A stretch of 64,000 bases of DNA, from assembly GCA_053919585.1 (NCBI GenBank), contig CM132800.1; one strand, 5' to 3'. Positions within the stretch are counted from its first letter, which is position 1. Each line of letters opens with the position of its first letter. The translations under genes were made by a program, and so were the position numbers. The notes beneath the pieces are model-generated. The model was not told the DNA's origin, ran no database searches, and saw nothing but the letters and a program-made list of their open reading frames with translations. This document shows positions 11,760 through 22,879 of the stretch, piece by piece. This stretch comes from Euprymna scolopes. Taxonomy: Eukaryota.

Positions 11760-14700
11760 AAATTAACTTTATTCAAACACCTCAAAAGTGGGCTCTGTCA
11801 AAACAGCAATTCCCTGTCAAAACAGCAAATCTCTCATCTAATTAGGGTCGGGAACGGGGATTATCAAACTAAAATGGAGTAAAAGAAAAAGAAAAAAACT
11901 TGATGGGAAGGACAAAAATAAAATGGGCCTTATGACGTTATGCATACACTAGCTAAGTTAGAATAAAAGTAGGGAAAACCTAAACTAACCTACTCTCGCC
12001 TAATCAGATTGACACAGTGTCAATGTTCATTTCAGCTAACCAAAATGCTTTACCAAAAGTAGGTCCAACTGCCACTTGTGATTATCTCCATTCACTCAAC
12101 ACAAATGCAAAACGTTCACCCACCTTTCATTAAAGTTTGCCAAAGCGAGTTTCATCTTCTCTAGCTAGGTATGCATTTTCAGGCGATATTTGAAAATGAG
12201 AACAAGGTGAAGAGCAGTGAAGGTCTCCTGCGGGGAAATTCCTTCTGTTGCATCAACCAAATCACACTTCTCATGACAGCTAGAAAACAAAGACAGACAT
12301 AGAATTCTTCCTTCTTTATGGTTGGTGCCCAATTGCAGCATGCCGAAATTGAATCTGGATCAAAGAATTCTCTGTTCTACATGTGAAGCATGTTGCATTC
12401 AACTAACTAACACAATGAACACACGATAGTGCAGTGTAAATAGTATGGTCACTATATTTCTCCCAGTGTCTGCATCAGACACAACTAGGTGTCTCTGTAA
12501 AGCTTGCTGTATAAAATCTTTGCCAACCCACAGGGTATTTCTTATTATCAACCTTGTGAGTGATGCCTCATAAGCACCTCATCCAAGGTGCCCAAGGCTA
12601 TATTAAGTGGTGCTCCCCATTTATAAAACTGAGCTTCTCAATTGTATCATCTCAAACAGATCCTCTCATCATAACCCTATATAGTGCCTTATGGGGCAAC
12701 ACTTGGGTATCAGAGAGGCTTTCTTTCATTCATAGAAGTAACTTCAGCAACTGTCAATGCTCGCAATAAAAGGAGCACCTGTTTTGGGGCAACTTGTGTA
12801 CCTCCTCCTCAGCCGAGGATACACTTTTCAAAGCTGAGAAGACTTTCTTGGTGTTTTTCTTCCAGAATTCATCGTCTCCCTCACATGATGTACACATTCG
12901 GTCTGGGTAGATTAGTCAAAACGTATGCCAACAAATCTCAATGTTTGGTACACCCAAACTGCCTTCAGACAGATGTAGGTAACAGATTTTCTGACTAACC
13001 ATGGTTTGCTTTCTATACCACAAGGACGTGAAAAGTGCATGCACTAGAAATGCTAGTAAGGTTTCCTAGAGTGGAAGCAATGATAGATGGTAAAGGATGA
13101 GAGGATAAATGTACAAATTGCACACCTCTACTCAATGTTTCCAAGTAAGGTTTCTCAAAGACCACAAACGTGCTGTGGCCTGAACCGCTTCCAATATTTC
13201 TGACCAATTTTTCTCCAACTAGACATCAGAACCAAACCAGATCCGAATATCTTGCATGCCCATCTGTCCAGTTAAAAGGGGCCCTGAAAGAATACTCCAT
13301 CCAGGCACCAATGGATAAGCCCACAAACTTATAACAGTTAATTTTGGTCCCTGTCACCTATTCATACCATCTTATTTCTATGTCAACGACTCTAATCTTA
13401 GCACTACTGATTATAAGCATGGTGACATCATTGGCATAGGTGAAGTATTTAATCATGGTACAAGCACCAGGTAAAGAAAACCGCAAAAGACCAGATCCAC
13501 CTTAAGCCTACAAAGGAAAGATTCCAACACAAGCACATAAAGCATTGATTAAAGTGGACAACCTGGACAGATTGAAAGGTTTCAATCTCATACCATTTAC
13601 TTCTACCAGTGCACCAGATTTTGCATATAAGAAGCAAATCCAAGAGGACCAAATCCAGCCGAGGAAAGAACAGCCTCTAAGTAACAATGATCAATCCTAT
13701 CAAAAACTTTGGACTGATCTAAATTGATCAGCATGTCTTCAATGTCGACTTTTTCTATTATCAAGGATATCATGTGCAAATTTTACTGGATTGTCCGGCC
13801 CTTAACAGAACAAGTCTGTTTATAAATTATAAAGTAGATCATCGATTCCAGGAGTTCTATCTAACTTGACCTATTTTAGGGCCTCCAGGACTTCTTCCTC
13901 TTTTATATAATCTTTGCACCCAGCTGCTTTAGTCACGTCAAGATGAGGAAAGTTGGCTAAATAGGCATTGAACTTAGCCATTGTCAGACTGAGCTCCCTG
14001 GTAAAGAGATCCTGAAAATAAGAGCAAAAACCTTTCAAGCTCTCATTGTTTGTGGTCACAGTATGTCTGGCCGGCAATGTGACACTCAGTAGACAGTCAA
14101 CGTTTCTCTGTGCGCAATGAAGCAGCTATATTTATTACCTCAATTGGCACGCTCTTTAACCTAGCCCTAACTAAGATTCCCTAATCCTCCTTGTTATTCA
14201 GGGATTTCAATTCTGTCTTAATTATAGTAAAACTACTGCTATTCCCCTCTCTCGCCGTTCAATCTAATCTAGATTCTAGTGTCACTTTTGTTATCCTAAA
14301 ATTAAGGTTGAGTTGGCAACTGTATAATTGGCAACAAAGGATTTAATTACTTTTTAAAATGTCCCCACGACTTATTCTCAATTATAGCTCTCATCAGTTT
14401 ACTCTGTATGGTTAGTCAAAGCTCTTTCCAGAAGTCCTCCAAATCAAATAACAATATGTTCAACTATCAATACCTAGCCATCCTAGGTTTAATGCTAAGC
14501 TTACCCAAATCCGGACGAGCCTGTGGTCCGAATAAACTTCTTTTTTTTTTTACATGGGGGTCACCACTTATCAAGGCCCGGAGGCCACTCAGGGATAAGG
14601 GCTATATTGTGAAAACTTGAACAGTCTAAAAGCCCAATGTTGACTCTCCTAATTAAGAACTGATCAATGTAACTCGAACATTGTACCAAATTGGAACTGC

Positions 14701-14800
14701 AGCTACCTGTCCAAGTCCATACTATGTCACAGGGTTTTTCATTCTGGTACTTAGTGACAAGATCAAACCTATCGATAAAATTTTAAATCATTACATCAAT
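11760..14800 (-). mobile_element. Heavily decayed Tx1/L1-clade non-LTR retrotransposon ORF2 (EN-RT)
   Basis: FDLVTKY..WTW (EN), IKEEEVLEALK, QTCSVKGRTIQ, LINLDQSKVFDRIDH, YANDVT (YADD-like); AATAAA near 11770 on the - strand. Confidence 0.78.
14541..14612 (-). mobile_element. Extreme 3' tail (stem-loop plus poly-A) of the CR1-group LINE, nested in the Tx1 copy
   Basis: Matches 17375-17437 and, in reverse, 28250-28300. Confidence 0.85.
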
Positions 14801-15195
14801 GTTTAGATATTAATATATTTATTGTTTCTGGATATAAGTTCATCATTCCTAAAATAAGTAGATCAGCTTACCCCATGATAATGAGAGATTTTTTTGACAA
14901 AAGAGGAAGAATTGCTGTTTTCTAGGTCAGAATCTATCCATTTAACACTTATCATTGGCTGGTTTTTCACCATAAAGTATTTTTTTAGCTCCTCACATTA
15001 AGTGGTTTCATACCTTGTCTGGAGCGATTTCTATACAAAAAAATTGGAACAAGTAATCCAGATATCTGATTTCACATAGCGAGTATTTATCTGAGTTTTA
15101 CTTGAATGCATTCAGTAAAGTTATGTGATCCATGATTATGTAGAAGGTTTGCTTTGCCAATGTAAAAAATTATGAAATAAGTTGTGGAAATTTGT

Positions 15196-15420
15196 ATTAT
15201 TTGAATTCTTCAGACCAATCATCTTAAGTGTTATTTTCACAACGTTTTGGTTGATGTAACCTCCAATCTTTTTTATGTGTATCTTGTCAAACTTCGGAAT
15301 CTTTCTGCCTAACATGGGAATCTGCACAGAATGTTAAACAGAACCCTTTATTTAATCCACAAGGGTCACATGCTCTTGTTCCATTAGTCATGACCTAAGT
15401 CCTAAGTAATTCACAATTAC
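15196..15420 (-). mobile_element. 3' part of the tRNA/hammerhead SINE (copy 3)
   Basis: Same tail sequence (tcacaacgttttggttgatgtaacctccaa..gaaccctttatttaatccac). Confidence 0.7.
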
Positions 15421-16112
15421 TGGGACTGACCTTCACTCCTGATCTGAAATGGAACACATACATCAAATCTGTTGCCATGATCGCTGGAAAATGGTTGGAT
15501 CACTCTACTGCTCCAGTAGGTATCTCACTACTGATGCCATCCTCTATCTGTATAAGAGCCAATATACCCTGCAATGAAGTACTGTTGCCATATCTGGGCA
15601 GGAACTGCTCAGCACGCCCTATCCAGCTTTGATAGACTTCAAAACCAGTTTCGAAACCCAGTAGGTGATGCCTTTTTCTCTTCCCTGCAATCTCTTTCAC
15701 ACAGAAGAGACGTTGCGAGCCTGTCCCTGCTCTATCATTATTTTTATGGAAAGTGCTTGACTAAACTCCAAGCTATGGTTCCCTCTTGCCAAACTTTCAC
15801 AAAAAAACACTCGACTAGCTACAACAACTGTATACAATTTCTCCCACTCTCTATCTGTGCCTAAATCTAAGCACAGCTTTCATGAACAAAACTTCTTTCC
15901 CAGAACTGCCCGCCTGTGGAACACTGTACTTCCCGGTTGAATACAACATGGTAGCCTTCAAATTCAAAAGTTCTTTGTGAGCCATCTCCATAATCAAATT
16001 CTACCCAATTTACACTATTTAACGATTACTACACCACCACCTTACATTCAATAATCCTTATCCTCGAGTGGCTTTTAGGTCTTGACAAGTGGTGATTCCC
16101 AAGTAAAAAATA
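15421..16112 (+). mobile_element. 5'-truncated CR1-group LINE 3' fragment
   Basis: MKYCCHIWAG..SLQSLSHRRDVASLSL; 3'UTR stem-loop and A tail. Confidence 0.88.
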
Positions 16113-16201
16113 AAAAATTGTATTTTGAGTATCATTAGTGAATATTTATCTGAGTTTAACTTGAATGCATTTAGTAAAGTTTTGTGATCTGTGTTTATGT
16201 A

Positions 16202-17190
16202 CGAGGGGCGTGCAATAAGTAATGCTCCTGACCCACTTCCCATAACAGTAGAGCAACGAAACTTGGCACAGTTATTAGTCTTTCTCTACATAGGAACCAC
16301 CCAGAGTTATGCATTTCTCTCATTGTTTCATGCAGCTCTGGAGACCGTTTTTGTAGAACACCCCAGGTTGGTCCTCCAACCACAATGTGACTTCAGAAAT
16401 CAAGGCTGCATCATCTGGGAAACGCTTTCCTTTCAAAAACCACTTCATGGCTAGGAAGAGGTGAAAGTCAGAGGGTGCAAGGTCAGGAGAGTAGGAAGGA
16501 TGGGGAGGATTTCATAACCACACACCCATGCTTCTGATCTGGCGACATGCAAGTTGTGGATCGGAGCGTTGTCCTGCAGGAGGGGGGTAACTTTGCTGAT
16601 CTTATCCCGCCTCTTGATTTTGATAGCTTCCCTTAATTTCCTGAAAAGTGAAGCATAATAGGCTCCTGTAATTGTGGTACCCTTTGCCAGGAAATCTCTC
16701 ATCACTACTCCGTCTTGGTCCCAGAAGACTGTGAGCATGATCTTGCCAGCGGAGGGCTGCACCCTTGCCTTCTTTGGAGATGGTGAGTCCAAGTGCTTCC
16801 ACTGCATTGACTGAGCTTTGGTCTCTGGATCATAGTGATGGACCCAGGTTTCATCCTGTGTAATCAGTCTTTTGAAAAACTTTGACTCGTCTTCTTGGCA
16901 CATCTCCAAATTCATCCTCAAGCACTCGACGCGTTCTCGCTTCTGGAATGGTGTGAGCAACCTGGGAATCCATCTGGCAGACACCTTATGCATATGCAAA
17001 TGGTCATGAATGATAGTTTCCACATATGCAAATGGTCATGAATGATAGTTTCCACAGACCCTGTACTAATCTTGACATCTTGGGCTATTTGGCGAATAGT
17101 AATGCGCCGATCTTCCAAAATGGCAGCCTCAACTTGACGGACAGATGCTTCATCAATGGCAGAAGGGGAGCGACAATGTCTGGGAGCTGT
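16202..17190 (-). mobile_element. Mariner (DD34D) transposon, 5' part lost; transposase pseudogene
   Basis: TIR CGAGGGGCGTGCAATAAGTAATGC after TA; KVSARWIPRLL, TQDETWVHHY, QDNAPIH; a 32-bp tandem duplication at 16991-17054 causes a frameshift. Confidence 0.92.
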
Positions 17191-19258
17191 TTTCACAATG
17201 TTTTGGTTAATGTAATCTCTAATCTTCTACATGTGTACCTTGTCAAACTTCAGAATTTTTCTGTCCAACATAGGAATCTGTACAGAATTTGAAACAGAAC
17301 CCTTTATGTAATCGACGAGGGTCACATGCTCTTGTTCCCTTAGCTATGATCGGGTAGCAGTTCTAAGTTTTTTTTGTTTTTTTTTACATGGAGGTCACCA
17401 CTTATCAAGGCCTGGAGGCCGCTCAGGGATAAGGGTTATTGTGTGTACAGTAATCAATGAGATAGTGTTGTAGTAATCATTATAGTATTGGAGATTTGAT
17501 AGAGTGTCTTACTTAAGAGGGCGGTTTGTCAGGAATTTGTTTATGTTGGATTTGAAGACATCCAAGTTGTAGTCAGGTGGGAAACAGGCAAATGGAAGAG
17601 AGTTCCACAGTCATGCACTTCTGAGAAAGAAGCTCTGCTCATGGAATCTACATTTGGATTTAGGCACAGATGAAGAGTGGGGAAAATTATTGACAGTAGT
17701 TTCAGCCAGACGGGTGTTTCTCATGAAAGATTGGCGAGGGGGGATGAGAGATTGCAGCTCAGACGAGCACTTGCCATGGAAATAACGATAAAACAAAGAC
17801 AGGCTCACAACGTCTCTTCTGTGGGAGAGAGGCTGCAGGGAAGAGAAAAGGGCATCCCTCACTAAGCTACAAAGTCTATTTTGTACTCTGTCAAGGCAAG
17901 ATAGGCTGTTTTTAGCAGCTCCTGCCCAGATGTGGCAGCAGTACTCCATCCTTGGACGTACTTGGCTTTTATACAGATTAAGAATTGCATCAGTAGTGAG
18001 ATATATTCTGGAGCGGTTGAAGGATCCCACCATTTTCCCAGCGTTCTTGGCAACAGGCTTGATGTAAGTGTTCCATTTCAGATCAGGAGTAAAGCTCAAA
18101 CTCAAAGGCTTGTCAAAACATGGAGCCTCCCCAAGACGACAGCCATCCATTTCAATTGATGCCAGATGGGGATCAGAGTGTTGATGATGTAAAGATAGAA
18201 GCTTGGTTTTGGATGCATTAAAAGTAACCAGCCACCACTGTACCACACGTTCAAGATCAGAAGAGAGAGAATTAGAGAGAACCTTGTCATTTACGGCCTT
18301 TGATGTGTTGCCATAGATGGTCGTGTCATCAGCATAGAGGTCAACGAATGATTTAAGTATGTGTTTTAGGAGATCATTGATGTAGATCAGGGAGAGAGTT
18401 GGGCCCAGGATGGACCCCTGAGGGACTCCAGCATTAATACTGTGGGCCTCTGATTTCTGCCCATCAACCACTACTCTTATGAACCTATTGGAGAGAAATG
18501 ATTTAATGATTGAGAAAACATTTCCAGTGATACCATAGCTGGAAATCTTGTGAAGTAGGCCCTTATGCCATACCTTATCAAAGGCCTTTGATATGTCAAG
18601 AGCAATTGCCCTGGAAAGGAAGCCTTTGTCAAAAGATTCACTAAATCTATGAGATATAACCGTTAGCACATCTGCTGTAGATCTTTCAGAGTGGAAACCA
18701 TATTGCATGTCACTAAGAAGGTTGTTTCTGCTGAGGTGGTTAACTACTTCTCTATTTAATATGGATTCCAACAACTTACTCATGACACACAGGAGACTTA
18801 TTGGTCTGTACTGAGAGGGAGATGACTTTTCATCTGAATTCTTAAATACAGGGCATACTGATGAGGTTTACCAGGGTGTTGGAAAGCACTTCTTCTTAAG
18901 GCAACACTTAAACAGTTTTGTAAGTATGGGGGCAAGTTCTGGTTGGAGCTTTTTCAGTACTATAACTGGAATGCCGTCAGGGCCAGTTCCTTTACTGGAA
19001 TCAAGGTTCTTGATTAGCTTGGCGACCTCACACACAGATTTTGAGTATTTCCCCGCACTGAGGATTGAACTTTCGACCTCCAGAAGAATGCAACTTACAA
19101 CTGAATGCTACCAAGAACTTTAACCGTTACACCAAGGACTTTTCGAAATTCCATGCGGATTCCCAATTCTGCCAGAAAGATACCTGAGTTCGACAAGATA
19201 TAGCTGAAGAAAGTCGGAAGTTATGTTGAATTAAATTATCAATCCTCACCTCAAAAAA
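17190..19258 (-). mobile_element. tRNA/hammerhead SINE (copy 4), split by the LINE at 17368-19039
   Basis: Tail at 17190-17367; head at 19040-19140 with A box TGGTGTAACGG (19124-19134, -) and B-box-like 19062-19070; inverted arm 19141-19258 contains CTGAAGA. Confidence 0.72.
17368..19039 (-). mobile_element. CR1-group LINE, 5'-truncated, with RT region, 3'UTR and poly-A
   Basis: 390-aa ORF 17611-18783 with [33 protein letters not shown]; T tract at 17368-17385. Confidence 0.95.
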
Positions 19259-19260
19259 AA

Positions 19261-19390
19261 ATCATAGTCTAGTATCTGTTCTGATGCTAGACTTACCCTT
19301 TTCTGTCCTCGGTCAGTGGAGGAGAAATCCTTCATGACTGAGACAATTTTTATTTTTGTTCCTATCCAGAGAAGCTAGATTTTCTCCACA
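19261..19390 (+). ncRNA. U2-snRNA-like variant or U2-derived repeat, 5'-truncated copy
   Basis: ATCATAGTCTAGTATCTGTTCT resembles U2 nt 26-46; the body matches 59535-59655 and 61566-61685; ATTTTTG Sm-type site. Confidence 0.65.
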
Positions 19391-19690
19391 TCAAAAAATC
19401 GATCTTGTGTTTAACTTTGCCCCGTGGGGAGTTAAGTAAATAGGAACATGTAATATATTCAACTGCATTGAGTTAACTAATGCAGTCTTAGATGTCTTTT
19501 TTTTAATATATCATATCTAAATTGTACTTCATATATAAATAGTTATTACTTCAGCTGATATATATTTGTGGATTATTTGGATTATATCAATAAGTTGGGG
19601 TTTTGTCAATTTGACATGCTCCCAGCCAATCTATCATTGAACTATATATATAATGAGTTGTGAAACAGCGAAACAGTACTGTATGTGGAT

Positions 19691-19765
<75 letters not shown>

Positions 19766-19768
<3 letters not shown>

Positions 19769-20554
19769 CGCAGTTTTAACGAAAAAAGAAAATGCTCATC
19801 AAAAAAGGATCCCCATTCAAAACGTAAAAACCACAGCTGATGGCCCTTTCGACAAGTACTTCGACATGAATAATTATCCCGTGGGACTCTAAATAGCACA
19901 ATTCTCACTGGAATAATATTCACAAATTTCCTAGCTTCAATTTGATATGACATATGAATATAAACCTTAAACAGATGACTCCCTACAGCACTTTAAAGAC
20001 ACAAAAGCAAATACAAATCGAGAACGAAAAACGACGACTAATGCTGCAAAGCTACGATGTCTACAACTACGTCTGCCGGACAAGTATAAATACAGCGAGT
20101 TATTCCAACCAGAGGCAGACCAGCCCGGTTTGTCAAGCAATGAGAATCCCTCCATCAGCAACCGACTCAACACAGCAGCAGCAGTCATGTCCACGCAGAA
20201 CTGTTTTGACTACCTCCTCGACAACGGCCGAATCCAGTAGGAGCAACACTCGCCGTTAACGCACCCGAGTCCCAACAGTTCAGCTACTCAAGCCAACACG
20301 TGTTTCCTGCAGCCACTAGTGAAGACCTCACAGCTGCGCCTCTTCCAACACCAGCTGGATTCCAACCCTCAGCCTGAGACCTCCTACCACCATTCAGTTT
20401 CTTTAACAAAAATAAACCTGAACGGATTTATATTCGTTCACGACGGTACCCCCGTGTTTGTCATCTCTTCTTTGCCATTGTCGTTTTTGCATCTTTTTCT
20501 TGCCTGTGTCGTCTTTTAGTTGTAAGGTCGATTGCCACCGGCATTCGGCCCCGC

Positions 20555-20558
<4 letters not shown>
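19766..20558 (+). mobile_element. Probable solo LTR inserted in a microsatellite
   Basis: TGTCGCAG..CCGCAACA ends, TATAAA at 20085-20090, AATAAA at 20411-20416; diverged paralog at about 29608-30540. Confidence 0.62.
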
Positions 20559-20624
<66 letters not shown>

Positions 20625-20627
<3 letters not shown>

Positions 20628-21654
20628 CTACTTCATTTACTCACATAAATTTAATATACGAAAATATAGATTTATGCGTAAACTTTAAGTATTTACTTCA
20701 AAAGTGCTCAATATGTAGGTAGAGCAAGTTAGTAATTTATAAAATATATATGGCGATTAAGCTACACTGAATATTCTGCGTTTCATCCACTATAGGATTC
20801 GTCAGACTTATGCGCGAATTCTGTGGTTGCTTCTTGTTTTTATATATGTTGAGGATTTCTAGTTAGCCAATCAGCTTTCTAGTATCCACCGCGTCCCTTC
20901 CTATCAGCCAATGGGCATGCATTTTATCGAACAAAGGATCTGTTTTATGACTAGGTTAGTGGTTTAAGGTAGATCTTTTCCTTCCTTTTTTTTTTTTTAT
21001 ATATATAAATATACCTATGTGTACACACATACATGCACATATATATACATACATATATATATATATATACATATATGTGTGATCGTTTGAGTATATTCAT
21101 GTTTATTTAATTTATTTATTTGTTTGTTTTCCATTGTTATTGTTAGTTTTAAAGCTATTTTGTATCGCTATCCTAGAGTAAGTTTTATTTTGTAAACACA
21201 GTTGTTTGCTATTTCTCGTCTACAGTTTAATAGATTTTGAGGTTCTTTAAAGTACAGGATAGCAAATTTTTCATGGAGGCATAATTTACATGGGTCGTCT
21301 AAATGTTTGCACGTGGTAGCTTGTCTCATTATTTTCCATTCGACTACCGGCAAATGTCCGCTTTCTTTGAGTTCCCAGTATTTATTCGCTAGTGTTGTTT
21401 TTATACGGTGTTTTTTATTTTTTTAATGTACTTTTATGGTCATAGTATTGGGCTTTGAAATCTAAGGAAGTCATGCCTATGTAATATTTCTTGTTATTCG
21501 GGTTTTCTTTCGCAAATATTGTTGCTTGATAAACTACACTTTTTGTTAGACATTTATTTTGGACTGGGCAAAGTGTGCGGTGTCTACAATTGCATTTTTC
21601 TTGTTCGTTATTAGTATTTTTATTTATGGTATGGTTGTTCTTGTCCGGGGTTGG

Positions 21655-21708
<54 letters not shown>

Positions 21709-22708
21709 TCTGCTAGTGTTAGTTTTATTTCTGTCATGGTGTCTACTTTTTTTATTGTTTATTTTGTTGTTGTTTACATTGTTTTCATTTAGTATTTTGT
21801 TATTATGTGCTTTAATTATCATCTCTAAATTTTCGCAACAACTGTAAGATAACTTCAAGGTATTTTTATGGAAGATTTTGTCTAAGGGGTTGGTTGCGGG
21901 AAAGTGTTTTTCAATAAGATCTAGAAATTTCTTGCCAAGTTTTGTTTTTAACATTTGATTGTATGGGGCCGTATACCAAATTATAGTTCTTTTTCTTCTA
22001 TTTTTAATTTTATTATAGTTGTTGGTGTTTTGTTGCTTATATTTGATATCGATATTTTTGTATCCACTATTTTTTAGGGCTGTTTCGTAGATATTGGTTG
22101 ACCTGTTAAATGCATTTTCATCGCTTGAGTTATTACTGAGTCTACTTACGATCGAGTTAGGAATGTGTTTTATAATTGATGGTGGGTGGTTGGACTTAGG
22201 GTTTACGTAAATTGGAGTAGCGTTATCTTTTAAGTATGCTTCATATGTGTTTTTATCTAAGTTTAATGTGACGTCCAGGAAGTTAGTTATTTTTATGTTA
22301 GCTGATACGTCCGCTTTTAGGCCTAATTTTTTCATTTCTTTGTGTATGATTTTCTTAAAGTTTTCTCCCTTGACTTTGTTGGAGTTTTTTTTTATAGCTA
22401 GTCCGTCATCTCTATATAGGCCGATATCTGTAGTATCGAATATGCTTGTAAGGGTATATAGAATGAATAATCCCACAAGATCTGATGCCTCGGCAGAGTG
22501 TCATCGCCAAATCGAACGAATTTTTCATTTTAGTTTTTATCCATTGGTTACTGTTATTTATTAGAACTGATTTTCTACATTTTTTAATGATGTTGATTTC
22601 TTCTGAGGATATATCAGTGTATGCCTCGGCAAATTCTAGGGCAATGTTAAAAAGTTCTTCGGATATTTCAGTGTAGCTTAATCGCCATATATATTTTATA
22701 AATTACTA
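20625..22708 (-). mobile_element. Penelope-like element (Naiad-type), 5'-truncated; RT plus GIY-YIG endonuclease
   Basis: YRDDGL, NFLDVTLNL, SNHPPSII, CNCRHRTLCPVQNKC (CxCx5Cx5C), VVYQ..YYIGMT, CKLCLHEK; 42-bp inverted pLTR piece 22667-22708 versus 20730-20771; TA-repeat flanks. Confidence 0.92.
20758..20810 (-). ncRNA. Type I hammerhead ribozyme in the PLE pLTR
   Basis: UAAGU CUGACGA AUCC-UAUAGU-GGAU GAAACGC-AGAAUAUUCA-GUGUA^GCUUA: full catalytic core, stems I-III pair, GUA cleavage triplet. Confidence 0.88.
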
Positions 22709-22879
22709 TATATACAGTGATGATCATATTTATTGGCACGGTAAAATAAAAGTTAAATTTTGTCTAATAAATTCTAAAAAAGGGATTAAATTAAAGAAAA
22801 TAACAAAGTATATTATGTATTTTTAACTGGCCTTTCCGATGCAGCAATCAGATTTTAGAAAAAATAAATAACAAAGGAA

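Noticed and set aside
11700-11800. The Tx1 copy as the U2-targeting (Keno) partner of the 59328 insertion
   Set aside because: No U2 sequence at its 3' flank and no visible similarity between its 3' end and the insertion.
19653-20688. Short ORFs with YIYI, CVCV or HTHT runs, and the many 60-110 aa ORFs elsewhere
   Set aside because: Microsatellite translations, antisense or alternative frames of TEs, or chance ORFs in AT-rich introns.
21168-22476. Selenoprotein (Sec-recoding) Naiad
   Set aside because: Some Naiads use TGA at Cys positions, but all motif cysteines here are ordinary codons, no in-frame TGA appears in the retained ORFs, and no SECIS was recognised.
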